From: Octopus vulgaris
Lineage: Eukaryota
DNA length: 64,000 nt
Direction of reading: 5' to 3'
NCBI GenBank assembly: GCA_951406725.2
Contig: OX597823.1
Coordinates: 100,378,001 to 100,442,000 of the forward strand
In this document: positions 52,001 to 63,675 of the stretch, one piece after another
How the letters are laid out: each line of letters starts with the position of its first letter
Position numbering within the stretch: position 1 is the stretch's first letter
Translations under genes and position numbers: made by a program
Notes under the pieces: model-generated
What the model was told of the DNA's origin: nothing
Seen by the model: the letters and a program-made list of their open reading frames with translations, nothing else
The model's database searches: none

Positions 52001-55000
52001 CATGGTAGAGCTGACCATGTACGGGCCAAAGGAAAGCATGGACATGCAGCCTACAAGAAACTCTCAGAATCTTTCCAGCTTGAACTTCCATAAGGCAAAC
52101 TGGAAACAAATTGAGAAAGAGATCCTCAAACAAAACTGGCTTGAATGTCTATCCTCGCCAGACATCGACATGAAACTTCAACAATTCATGTCTGTAATGC
52201 AAGCCATATGCTACAAATGTGTCCCAGAGAGAAAGGCCACTGTACACAAGAGCAAAATCCCTAGAGAGAGGAAAATTCTAATGAGACGGCGTACAAAAGT
52301 TTCAAATCGCCTAAACAAACAAATTGAAAGCAGTGAAAAGTCCCGCCTGAAAATAAAACTTTTGGAAATTGAAAAATGTCTGCAACTCTCCCATGAAAAA
52401 GATGGAGCAGACAAAGAAGCCTGGGCTATATACAACATAAAATCTAACCCCAGAGCTTTCTACAGGTATGCCAAAGAAACAGCTACGGTGCACTGTAGAA
52501 TAGGGCCACTCATTGAAAAGGATGGCACACTCACAGGAAATCCAACGAGGGTAAGTGAAATACTAAATGAGCAATTCAAGGGTATTTTCACTCCACCCCT
52601 AGGGCATTTTCAAGTCAGCAATCCAACTGACTTCTTTACCACTGCAGATATAAAATCAGAGGCAGCGATGATTGATTACATCAATTTAAGGAAGACGATG
52701 TAATAAAGGCTATTGATGAAATGAAAACAAACTCAGCTACTGGCCCCGATGGATTCCCAGCAATCCTTCTAAAAGTATGTAAGAGAGTCTTAGCAAGACC
52801 ACTGCAGTTCCTCTTTCAGAGCTTCCTTGCAACTGGCAAACTTCCAAGAAAACTGAAGGAAGGTAAAATATGCCCTATTCATAAAGGAGGTGGCAGAGCG
52901 GAGGCCAAGAACTACAGACCTATCTCTCTGACCTCACACATCAGCAAGGTCGTGGAACGAATAGTCAGAAGGAAACTAATCACCTTCCTTGAAGAAAATG
53001 ACTTGCTGCCTGACACCCAACATGGTTTCCGACCAGGAAGAAGCTGCTTAACTCAGCTCCTACAACACTATGACCAGGTGCTGAAACGACTGCTCAACCA
53101 CTCACATGTAGAAGTCATGTATCTCGACTTTGCAAAGGCCTTTGATAAAGTCGATCATGGAATGATATGTCACAAACTGCGTTGGAAAATTGGGAGAATG
53201 GCTTCATGACTTTCTGAAGGATAGAAGTCAGGTGATAGTAGCCAATGGGGCCACTTCCATTAACACGCAAATAGTGAGCGGTGTTCCGCAAGGCACTGTT
53301 CTGGGACCACTACTGTTCATAATGGCCCTCTCAGACATGCCCTCAGCCACGCAGAGAGCCACGATCACAAGTTATGCAGATGATACAAAAGTTTCACAGG
53401 CAATACAGAACCCTGAAGACACTAAGCACCTGCAATGTGAGCTGGACAAAATATACAAGTGGGCTGAAAAGAATAGCATGCAGTTCAATGCTGAAAAGTT
53501 TCAAGCTTTATACTATCAGCATGCAAAACTAAATGCAATACCCAATAAATACACTGGACCTGGAGGGATTGCAATCCCAGAGGCACAATCAGTGTGAGAC
53601 CTGGGTATTTACATGAATGATGATGCAACCTTTCATGTGGATGTTGCTAAATTAGCAATGAAATGTAGGCCGCTGACCGGATGGATTCTTAGAACCTTTA
53701 GAACAAGAGACCAGGAAACCATGATGGTCCTCTGGAGGACACTTGTCCTAAGCCACTTTGACTATTACTCTCAGCTATGGTCACCATCCGGTGTCAAGTT
53801 AATCACAGAACTTGAGGTGATCCAACAAAGTTACACGAAGAAGATAGCCTCTGTGCAGCATATAAGCTATTGGGAAAGATTCAAGAGATTGAGGCTCTAT
53901 TCCTTAGAGCGTAGGCGAGAAAGATATGCCATAATATACATCTGGAAGATCCTAGAAGGACTTGTCCCAAATTTTGGCATCGAGAGTTACACAAATGCCA
54001 GAACTGGGCACCACTGCGTGGTGCCTAGGACTCCAAATTTGCCATCAAGATGTAGGACAAGATACTGTGATAGCCTGGGCTTCCGAGGCCCACAGCTCTT
54101 CAATATCCCCCCGAAGAACCTAAGAGACCTGCATGGGGTGGGTGCAGATGTCTTTAAAATGAAACTGAATCTCTTGTCAGGTGTCCCAGATGAACCAACT
54201 TCACGGCAGGAGGTGCAGATGAGGGCAGCTGCATTGAACTCTCTCATGCACCAGATGGCATTTGCTAAAAAGCATTCGTGAAGTAAAATCATGTAGCAAC
54301 ACCAAATGGCAGTGCCCCAGCTTGGCCACAGCTTGTGAGCTGAAACTAAATAAAATAAAATTAAAAAAATAAAAATACTGTATTTATTCCAGTTCATTGT
54401 GTTCTGTGTTCAAATGTTGCTGAGGTCAACTTCACCTTTTCATCTTCCAGGGTTGTTAAATAATGTATCGCCAGTCCAGTGTGATAGACTTGTGGAAACA
54501 TTCAAGTATAAGACCAGATGTCATGCAGTATTTGTATCCAACCCATTGCATTCTGAGTTCAAATCCTGCCATGTTCTACTTGGGTGGTAGACTTAATTCA
54601 TTACTTGATTTTTAATGCCACCACTTGGCACCTTTGGCTGTCACCACTCTGTTGATAGCATTTGGACTAAGTCTCTCATTGGAGGATACCCTAATCCTAC
54701 TAATACCATGAACACTACTTTCCCCACTCACTGAAAGGTCAAAACAAAAAAAAAAAGCCCACTAACTTTACTTGATGAGGAATTTAGTTATCATTTGGTT
54801 TTGTTGGTGCAAATTATTTCTTTTGATATAGCTTGGTGTGGAGTATTATTAAACTCAAAACCTGTGACATTATTAAGCCATGTAATTTCTCAAATTGTTA
54901 ACGTGGAATCTGCTAATCACTGTTTTATCTTTTCCTTTTCAGGAATTGACTTTTCACTATCTCAGCAATGGTTGTGTCCAAGTTTCATTCCAATTTTCTA

Positions 55001-58000
55001 AAGTTTATTACATTGTGCCAGTTATGTATTTGCTGAAAGTAAGTGTAATCAATTTTACTACGTAATAGACAACACCAGGTCTGCTCAGTGGTGTGTCATC
55101 ATAGCTATTCAATGTTATAAACTGATAGATCTCTTACCATATTTCTGTTGAAATATGCTGCCTTTATTTCAGTTAATTTTGAAAATCATGAAAAATCTCG
55201 GTAAAATTTCTTTGTCATTCAAAGCTGGTGTTTAGAACATGAATTTTTGTTGGAAGAATTTTAATTTAGTCTTAGTGAAAGGTTTCAAATTCGATCCGTT
55301 TGAAACAGAAAGGTTATACCATAAAACCAGTAGCAATCTTAGGTGGGTTGATATAAAAAGGGTTAAATTGAAACAGAGACCTATAAAATTAATGTGAGAT
55401 TAAATGATGGCATATTATGGTAAGAAATATTGCAAGATGGGTGGATAGTGGAATCAGTTGAGCATCAGATAAAACACGTAGTGGTATTTGATTACCTTTT
55501 GATTTTAAACCTAGATCAGGTTCACTGCGCTTATTGTCTATCATCATCATCATCTGCTTTTCATGTTGGCATGGGTTAGATGGTTTGACTGACACTAGTA
55601 AGCTGAGGGCTGTGTCAGGTTCAAATCCAACTTGGCATGGTTTCCCTCAGCTGGATGCCCTTCCTAATGCCAGGGTACTTTTCACTTTCCAACAGCACGG
55701 GGGCCAGTTACGTGGTGCCACCATTGGCCATGACTACAATTTCACTTGGCTTTTGATGCATCTTGTCAAGCACAGCCTATCACCAAACATCTTGGTCACT
55801 TGTCATTGCCTCCATGAGGCCCAACATTCGAAGGGTACTTTTTATGTACCTCTTACATTACACCGACATTGGCCACAGTTACAATTTCACCTAGCTTCAT
55901 GGGTCTTTTCAAGAACGGCACATCACCAAAGGTCTCAGTCTCTTGTGAGGCTCAACGTTTGACAATCATACTTCACCAACTCATCCCATGTCCTCTGCCT
56001 CTTCCACAGGTTCCCTCCACTGATTGATAAATAAGTTTTGGGGCAGTGGGTGTTGGTTGATGAATTTGATTATTCTCTCGAGATTGCTGCCTCAGTTTGA
56101 CCATTGTCCTATAACTGGAAATAAAAAAGCAAATGTAAAATAGAAATGGTGTTGCAGTGTCCGTTTGGAAAACTGACCCCACCAAATATATAAACCTGAT
56201 TCTGTTGGCTTATTGTGGGATGAGTGGTAGTTGTACTGTAGAATAATTCCTAAAGAAACCAAACAGTGCATTAACAGGTGAAGATTTGTTGAATATTGAT
56301 TATTGTTCAGAAACCATATTGAAATTATGCCTTTTCTAGTGGAGAAAGTCAGCAGTTTTGAAGTTAATTAGGGACAAAGTTGTTGGGTCTTCACTTGACA
56401 AAATTATTTGGATTGTATCTTCAGTAATATTTTTGCAGCAAGACTACATTTCAATCCTATTCCAGAAGTAAGTGTCTTGCAGCATTTCTTCTTGCTTTGC
56501 ATTCTGGATTCAAATCCTACTCTCATCAACTAATAAAGAACCAATCAATTAACTGGAGCTGATGTCATTGTCATTTGTGAGCTTTCTTCCTTAACCCCCA
56601 AATTACTGCTAGTTGTACCTAAATTAGAAACAATTATTATTACAAACATAAAGCATGCTTTCATACATTAAAATATTTCCAGCATTTTCTGAAAGATTTA
56701 TGCAATTAGTTTGGAGAATTTCATGAAAGCCACAAGAAACAATGGTTTGAAATGTTTGTCTCTCTTCAGTTAATTTGATTTTAATTAGTTTTTACTTTTT
56801 CATTCAGGGTTTGCTGGATGTCAGTGATAATTATATTTATGATGAACTTCTCAAAGGCAATGAAAAAAATTCTTTTTACAAAAGGTAAAGAAATCTTTAC
56901 ACCCTTATACATATACACATTCATATACATAAACATGTGTACATATCATATATGTTAAGTATGTGCATTTACATTCCATGTTCTCCCGTGAAATGCATTG
57001 AGCAAAAACTAGTGACATTTGTTGACATCCCCTGCTAGCAAATTTTTTGCAACTCTGCATGTTTGGGGACAGTGGAATGAATAGAAAATTCATTACTTGG
57101 AAAATAGGTAAACGTTAGAAATAGGAAAGGATGATCTCAGGTAAGTTGATATCAAAACAATTCCTTAATATGTATTCATCCAGTCCATGTTAGCATAAAA
57201 AAACAGACATAAAAATCTATGAAGGAGCAAACAAACTAATATCATTAATTCTCTGTTAATCATTCAATATTGTTGAGTGTATTATTTAGTATTCTTATTT
57301 TGATTCTTTGAAGTTGTATGGTAACATAAGTTTCCCATTCCTTTACACAATCCTTTGCATTTTATTGAAAGTATTTTTGGTGGGGTGGCTGAAGGGATTG
57401 GGTGGAAGAGGGCAGATAAGGCAGTGCTCCGTAGTCTGCTTCTCTAGGGAAAAACATTCACATCATGACAATTGCTAAGCCCTTGCAACCCTTACAGTTG
57501 AGGGGCCCCATGTTAAGATCAAAGTACGTAGATAAATCATCTATTTACTGGATTAAGATGTTGGACTATTTTAACTGAAAATTTCAAGAAATAAAATGTT
57601 GATAATACATTGTACCTGCAAAAGTTCTTGTAAAAATATTACATTGTATCACAAACGTCCCTACCTAAATAGGCTTTGCATACTCTGGTCCTTATTACAT
57701 AAATTGAAAACGGAAACTCAGTTTTGTTGATGCAACCGAATTGTGCCCAAATTTTAAATTTTTGATGAACAGCTCCTTTTATTAAAACCACTGAAATAGG
57801 GTGACAGGATTCTTTGGTAGCAAAATGTAAGCATCCATGGTGACTGTCTGGAAAATAAATTATTTGAAATGACATTTGAAAAAAAAGCTCCATAAACGAA
57901 ATGTCTCACTAAATGAAGCAATGGACAGAAATAAGTTTAATACATGCATTGCATTTTAAAAATTTATATTTCACTGCATGTTCTGTAGCTATACTTACAT

Positions 58001-61000
58001 CCACACATTACACTTGTATGTGTGTCACCTGTTTTTATTTGTCATAACCAAATACATGTAGGCCAACATACATATTTGTACTTGTTGATAAGGAGCTAAG
58101 TATTATGTGTGTATGTAACATTTGTAAATATTGCATTAATTTTATGCAATTTTTACTGAGCACCTTGTGTTTCAGATCTCAAGTGATGTTGTTCTGAAAG
58201 CATGAATCTGGTGCACAAAAGTGCAAAAAATGAGAGAAACTGGTAAATGACAGGAAGCGTATGGCTGGAATTATGGATCATTTCATGCTACCATATACAT
58301 CAGTGATATTACTATCATCGAATAGCAATGCACCACAGCCCAGAGAAGACGGGCAAGCAAATAATGATGGAAACACCAAACAACAACAAATGCATGGATG
58401 CGATGAAATTTCACAGCAGGTTACTAAATTTTTAGCAGCGAAGGGAAATGCAAAGGACTTATATGATGCATACTGTCAACAATCCTATTTACCTATTGCT
58501 GAAAATATGGTTGTGCAACAAGAAGCAATCACTATCACTACTAACCCTGCATCTTGGCTAGAAACTATATCTGATGGCATGCGTATTCACATTAGGAAAC
58601 TTGGAGCTGTTCAAGTAAAAAGGTACAAATTTTCTAAATCAAAAGAAAACTGCAGATTCAATCCTGACTTCTATTCTAAGATGCTGCCAAATGGCAAAAA
58701 GATGGTTCGAATGTGGCTTGTATATTCAATTCAGCATGATGTGGTTGTTTCTGATGCAAGCTGTTCGGTCACAGTAAAATGAGACTAACATCTGAAGGAT
58801 TCAGCAGTTGGGAATATTTGAGCAAGTCCTTAGAAGAACACGAGAAATCAATGGACCATAGACAGCACATGATTAAATGGAAGGAACTTGAATTTCACCT
58901 TAAAACAGCCTCAACTCTTGACAAACAGGCGATTGCTTTAGTGGAAAAGGAGAGCTCATTACCGCGTAGTGTTAGAACGAATCTTGGCAGTTCTGTTTTT
59001 AGTAGAGAGGAATATGACCTTTCGTATTGTTTCCGATAGGCTCAATGTTCATCGTAATGAAAATCTTTTAGGCAAAGTGCAATTGCTTGCAAAGTTTGAT
59101 CCCATTTTGGCAGAACCCCCTGCGACATATTCAAAATGCAGAAACAGTGGCTCATTATTTGGGAGTCAAATTGACCTCGCTCATTTCTGACTACATTTTG
59201 AAAGAAATGACCAATTGGGTGAAGGCTGCTAAAAATTACAGCATTGTACTCGATTGCACGCCATCAGCCATCAGGAGCAAATGACCGTGATCATCCGTTT
59301 CTTCGAACTTCAAAGAGACAAAACCAAAATCAAAGAGTTCTTTGTTGGATTTTTGAAAGTTGCTGACACAAATAGAGCCAGATGTTTTGAATCACACTTG
59401 GAGAAGCTCGCTTTATTGGGGTTGGATCTGATGGATTGTAGAGGCCAAAGTTATGATAATGGCAGTAATATGAAGGGAAAACATTGTGGCATTCAAGCAG
59501 ATTCTTCAGAAGAAGAATCCATGAGTGTTCTCTTTACCTTGTATGAATCACAGTCTAAACCTTATGTGCGATGCAACAAGCTCATCAGTGCTGGCTGTCT
59601 ATTTCTTTGGTTACTTCAGTACGTATATTCATTTTTTGCAGCATCAACTTTTAGATGGAACGCTTTGAAGGAATTCTGCTCCATCAGACACTTGCCGGGA
59701 AAGTAAAATTGGAAGCATAAAAACCCTTCGATTCAAAACTAAGGACATCCACAGCACATTGATAAGCATTTGTAATGCTTCAAGAGGCAAAGAACCCAAA
59801 GCTTACTAAGAAGCGAATGCATTAGTTGCAGAAATTGCTTCCTTTCGCATCCTTCTGTGTTTGGTAAATGGTATGATCTGCTAATTGACATCAACAAGGT
59901 CAGCAAGCTACTTCAGCATGAAAACATGCAAATTGACGTTGCCCAGGAGCTTATCTCATCCACACAGTCTCTGCTGCGCAGCTATCGAGAAGACGACATG
60001 TTTTTCTCATCAGTAGTCAATGTCGCAACCGAATTATGTGAACAACTGGAGATACTGTCAGAGATGTCAAGTGAAAGGAAACATAGTGTACCACACTACT
60101 TTGGATATGAAAGTGAAGATAAACCTCTTGTTGATGCTTTGCAAAATTTCAAAGTGCATTTCTTTGTTCACGCAATTGACGTTGCTCTTGTCTCCCTTGG
60201 TGAAAGCTTTGACATTCTGAGCAAGCACAATGACATCTTTGCGTTCCTTTACAACATTCCTTCACTGAAACACTGAGAAAATCAGAAGCTATTGGAACAC
60301 TGAACTAACAGTACGTACCGATGAGGATGATGTTGTCAAGGCAGATATTGAGAAGACAGAGCTAGCAGAAGAGCTTCGTTCACTTTCACATTTTCTATCA
60401 CCTGAGTGTAAGAAAGTCCGTGATGTGGTCGATTATATTCAGAAATCTGGCCTTGTGGAGATTTTCCCTAGTGTGTTAGTGACTTTGTGAATTATCCTTT
60501 CAAAGCCTGTGAGTGCTGTATGTGGAGAGTGCAGTTTCTCCAAATTGAAGTTGATTAAATCATACCTGCAGTTTACTATGGTACAGGAAAGACTTTGTGG
60601 ATTGTCGATATCTTTTACGTGCCAGTGGCATTAGGAAGGGCATCCAAATCAAGATTGGAGCCTGGTTCGCCAGCCCTCAGTCAAAATCGTCCAACCCATG
60701 CTAGCATGGAAAGCGGACGTTAAACGATGATGATGATGTTGATGATCTATTGAACACAAACTTTCATCTTGATTATTCTGAACTGATTGATGATTTTGCT
60801 AAGTGAAAAGTGTGCCATGTTTGTCTTTGAAAGTTGCCTGGATTATAAAAGTGCTCTTTTATTTATATCTGGAAGTTTTACTTATTGAAATTTGTAAGAG
60901 ACCTAAATAAATTTAACTTGTACTTTAAAGATGTTCTTTAGGATAATGTGAAATATTGAACTGCAGATAGAATAAAGTAAAATATAATTAGGAATTAAAG

Positions 61001-63675
61001 GTGTGTAGATTATGAGTTTTGATTGAAGGGATGGAGCCTCAAAACAAAAAGTTGCAGGGGTCCTCTAAAAGTCGCGCCCTGTTTCACATTGCAATCCTTA
61101 TCAAGTAACACTTGATATTACCTTTCAAATTCTACCAAACACTCTGAAGCGAAGATGAAAGATAACAATGTCTGGAAGTTGCTCCTCATTCTGGAGCATT
61201 AATTGTATGAATGTTTCAACACTTTGGTCTCCAGTGGCTTTACCTCTCAGTCACTGAGCCTTTATCATCATTATTGTCACCTTTTATTATTTTTATTATT
61301 ATCATTAATATCTTATTTCAGCTGTATTATATTTATGTTACGTCAACTTTCCAATGAAGATCTTCTTAGTCAGTCAAGTGTACTCAAGTATCTGGGTAGT
61401 AAATTCCGTGCTATGTACAACAATCCCTGGCTCAGTGATGAGATAATGGGTGAAAGGTTATTGAGGTAAGTTGATCACTTTTGTATTATTTCTACATGTG
61501 CATGTATGCATATACATGTTGCATATGTTGTAAACTGCACTTCTTCCTGAACATGATGCAGCTTTTCTTAATTTTTAATGTTTTGTTCTTTGTAGCGATT
61601 ACATTTGTATCCACCTCCAGTCAAATGTCGACAAGTTCAACCTTCTTGTGTAAGTATTCCTGCATTTTTGTTATTTCAATTCTTATCCTTCTTTTCTTTA
61701 ATCCATTTTGTTGCATTGTCACTATACCGTTTTGTTAGCCCTGGGTCAGCCTCGATTGAGCACAGCTGCAATCAAAGATCTTCCAGTCTTTTTGTGTATT
61801 GAAACTACATTGTTCAATGTGTTTCATTTTAAAGAAATACATTGTGATTTTGTTGCTATTTCGATCTGGTTAGGTGGCCACAGAGTGGCACAATTGTGAG
61901 TTCAGTATCATCATTCATCTCGTGTATTCTATTATGGAGTTTAGTTCAAGAATGTTCAACTCTTTCCATCATCATTTTAATGTCTACGAGACTTCTGGCA
62001 GTTTGCTGTGCTTGAGAAGACACACCAAGCATACAGGCATATTTTCTACATTACTCTCTCAGCAGAGAGATCCTAGTTTTGTAAGTTCATGGGTGCTGGT
62101 GCCATGTTAAAAGCACCCAGTCCACACTCTGTTAAGTGGTTGGCATTAGGAAGGGCATCCAGCTGTAGAAACCATGCCAAAACAAACAAACGGAGTCTGG
62201 GCAGCACTTCAGCTGACCAGATCCTGTCAAACTGTCCAACCCATAGCAACATGGAGGACACATGTTAAAAGAGGATGATTTTCTATGCTTGCATGGGTCA
62301 GATATGAACATGTGGAGCTGAGTTTTCTATGGCTAATCTACCTGATATAACCCCCACTTGTGTCCAAGGCAGGAAGTAATCTCCCAGTCTACCAAACAAT
62401 AAACAGCCCAGACATGTTTGTGTGAAGAACTGGAAACAAATGACACTATGGTCGAGCTTTTTGCTTTCAAAGATCTCAAAGCCTGGACATGCTCTCACAA
62501 TGGACTGCAAGCAAACACCAGTAGCAAAGCCATTGTTTATATGTGTAGACAAAGGAAATACAAGCACACATGAACACACACAAACATACATGCACACGCA
62601 TGTGTGTAATGGGTTTCTTTCAGTTTCCATCTATCAAATTCACTCACAAGGCTTTGGTTAACCTGGAGCTATAGTAGAAGACACTTGGCTGAGGTTCTTT
62701 GCAATGGGACTAATCCCAAAACCATATGATTAGGAAAATATATAAGACACATATATATCACTTTTTTATATATACCACTTTTGTCAATGTATTTACTGAT
62801 GTGTATGTATATATGTTTGTGTATATATATATATATATGAATGGCACAATCATATGTACCAACTTTTCAATAGTAATTTTTCACAACTTTGGGAATATCT
62901 TTCCAATGATATTTATTATAATAATTAATCGAATATATAAAGCATAATTTTCAGGTAAGTTCTGTATTTTTATTATTAATTAAAAATATACTGTATATTG
63001 CTATTTGATATTTACATGTTCCAATGAATTGTTACTTTTGCCATAATTAACTCCATCCAATCAAATGGAGGTAACATCATTACTATTTTTGTTATTGGGT
63101 AACCATTAATTGGCTCATATTTTACAAATTTAAAGTGTTTAACCCTTTAGTGTTCAGATTACTCTGTCAAATGTGATGTTTGGTTATTTAAAATGGTTTG
63201 AATTAATCATGCATTATCTTGTAGTTTAGAGATTTCAGTGATGTCATTTTTTAGTTTTAGAACGACATGGTAGGGCTGAGGTGAGAGGTGAGATCTGGTC
63301 AGTTTCAATATAAAACAGGTTAAATATTTTGGCCAGATATGGCCGGTTTGAATGCGAAAGGGTTAAATAGCTAATTACATACTTAATGGTGCCTTTCAAA
63401 CTTCAAAGTTGAAATAATATTGTCTTGTCTTTAATTACTTAGTCTATTTCTGTAATGGTGTATTCATTCATTCCAACTGGCTAAAAATGATAGCTATGGT
63501 AAAATATAAAACCAGTTAATATACATAGTTCATAAAATTGCTGTAAATTCTTTGCAGTTACCTGGTTAAAAAACTGTATGCTTTTGTCCGTGGTGAATGT
63601 GCTGCTGATAACAGAGACAGTATAATAAATCATGAAGTTTTGGATGCTGGTCGCCTGTATTCCTTGGTACTTTTT
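31412..63675 (+). CDS. POLR1B: DNA-directed RNA polymerase I subunit RPA2, 5' part (coding exons 1-13; gene continues past the right edge)
   Basis: Thirteen GT-AG exons join into an open 1155-nt frame with RPA2 motifs SHVDSFNF, YPAECRQRRISY, LGDVPVMVKSNICNL, GEEAEEAGGYFIINGIEKVVR, FHYLSNG, ICIHLQSNVDKF and KKLYAFVRGECAADNRDSIINHEVL. Confidence 0.96.
33150..35168 (+). mobile_element. Decayed RTE-clade LINE with 3'UTR and (GAT)n tail
   Basis: [38 protein letters not shown] and RGKPRKTW with multiple stops; terminal tail at 35040-35168. Confidence 0.9.
35681..35941. mobile_element. hAT (Charlie-type) MITE with perfect 8-bp TSD
   Basis: CTATAAAG|CAGTGGTTCCCAAA ... TTTGGGGACCACTA|CTATAAAG. Confidence 0.92.
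36700..37190 (-). mobile_element. Decayed mariner transposase fragment
   Basis: FLKQLVTGDKKWIVYDN and KLHELGWNLL; frameshifted, no TIRs seen. Confidence 0.8.
37334..37411 (+). CDS. POLR1B: POLR1B exon 2
   Basis: ttttcag|...|gtaagt; LIQYLVRSHVDSFNFMLANTLQRSLE. Confidence 0.94.
38918..38977 (+). CDS. POLR1B: POLR1B exon 3
   Basis: ttccag|...|gtaagt; SLPEHAFRTEYGQIISFNIK. Confidence 0.88.
40181..40255 (+). CDS. POLR1B: POLR1B exon 4
   Basis: tttctag|...|gtaagt; DIFIGNPTVSKSNVSGATQMLYPAE. Confidence 0.93.
41450..41569 (+). CDS. POLR1B: POLR1B exon 5
   Basis: aag|TGT CGT ... GTA AAA|gtatgt; CRQRRISYTGPLIVTLGWSIDGVKQEAIPKHLGDVPVMVK. Confidence 0.95.
41968..43068 (+). mobile_element. Possible decayed piggyBac-like remnant with a SINE insertion
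   Basis: Acidic transposase-N-terminus-like ORF at 42159-42449 and right end ...gaatgag|ttaa; the left end is degenerate. Confidence 0.3.
43223..43288 (+). CDS. POLR1B: POLR1B exon 6
   Basis: ttgcag|...|gtatgg; SNICNLKNLTPTELVQKGEEAE. Confidence 0.95.
43455..43610 (+). mobile_element. tRNA-derived CORE-like SINE (inverted copies near 4830-4980, 50640-50770, 62600-62735, 63905-64000)
   Basis: TGGCTGTGTAGTTAA A box, GGTTCAG B box, then TTGGGCAAGTGTCTT...GTGAGTGGATTT...GGAAACTAAAAGAAGCC. Confidence 0.75.
44245..45190 (-). mobile_element. RTE LINE 3' fragment plus two tandem tail repeats
   Basis: Collinear with 14460-14990; tails at 44245-44390 and 44395-44590. Confidence 0.85.
45397..45471 (+). 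CDS. POLR1B: POLR1B exon 7
   Basis: ttacag|...|gtaagt; EAGGYFIINGIEKVVRLIVEVRKNH. Confidence 0.96.
48290..48388 (+). CDS. POLR1B: POLR1B exon 8
   Basis: ttatag|...|gtatga; PLCIKQPSLKKGGELFTEYALKIRCQKPNGFSR. Confidence 0.9.
49660..50335 (-). mobile_element. RTE LINE 3' fragment
   Basis: LEVIDSFHYLGNQISSEGGC...[15 protein letters not shown]. Confidence 0.88.
51010..54375 (+). mobile_element. CR1/L2-group LINE with near-complete but disrupted ORF2 (APE + RT) and A-rich tail
   Basis: [79 protein letters not shown] and SYADDTKV. Frameshifts occur near 51470, 52690 and 53180, with a TGA at about 53595. Confidence 0.95.
54943..55038 (+). CDS. POLR1B: POLR1B exon 9
   Basis: ttttcag|...|gtaagt; ELTFHYLSNGCVQVSFQFSKVYYIVPVMYLLK. 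Confidence 0.93.
55110..55362. mobile_element. TTAA-type MITE, second family (inverted relative near 38070-38292)
   Basis: Ends aaaaggg|ttaa; reverse-complement similarity to 38070-38292. Confidence 0.5.
56808..56884 (+). CDS. POLR1B: POLR1B exon 10
   Basis: attcag|...AG|gtaaag; GLLDVSDNYIYDELLKGNEKNSFYK, ends in phase 2. Confidence 0.94.
57464..61081 (+). mobile_element. Decayed full-length hAT transposon (ZMYM1/THAP12-like DUF4371 transposase group) with a SINE inserted at about 60612-60740
   Basis: KHESGAQK N-terminus, RMWLVYS, EHEKSMDH, YSIVLDCTP..SHQEQM, CRGQSYDNGSNMKG and C-terminal SFSKLKLIKSYL. Ends are CATGAC.../...CGCCCTG with a near-perfect 8-bp TSD ATTCACAT/TTTCACAT. Confidence 0.88.
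61322..61465 (+). CDS. POLR1B: POLR1B exon 11
   Basis: tttcag|C TGT...AG|gtaagt; CIIFMLRQLSNEDLLSQSSVLKYLGSKFRAMYNNPWLSDEIMGERLL. Confidence 0.94.
61596..61649 (+). CDS. POLR1B: POLR1B exon 12
   Basis: ttgtag|C GAT...GT|gtaagt; DYICIHLQSNVDKFNLL. Confidence 0.94.
63143..63362. mobile_element. piggyBac-type MITE with TTAA TSD
   Basis: TTAA|CCCTTTAG ... CGAAAGGG|TTAA. Confidence 0.85.
63558..63675 (+). CDS. POLR1B: POLR1B exon 13
   Basis: ttgcag|T TAC...TTT|gtaagt; YLVKKLYAFVRGECAADNRDSIINHEVLDAGRLYSLVLF. Confidence 0.95.

Noticed and set aside
58261-60276. Host ZMYM1/THAP12-like gene
   Set aside because: Multiple frameshifts and stops, flanked by transposon termini and a TSD.
31505-63557. 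U12-type introns in POLR1B or SF3B1
   Set aside because: None of the donors matches GTATCCTT/ATATCCTT.
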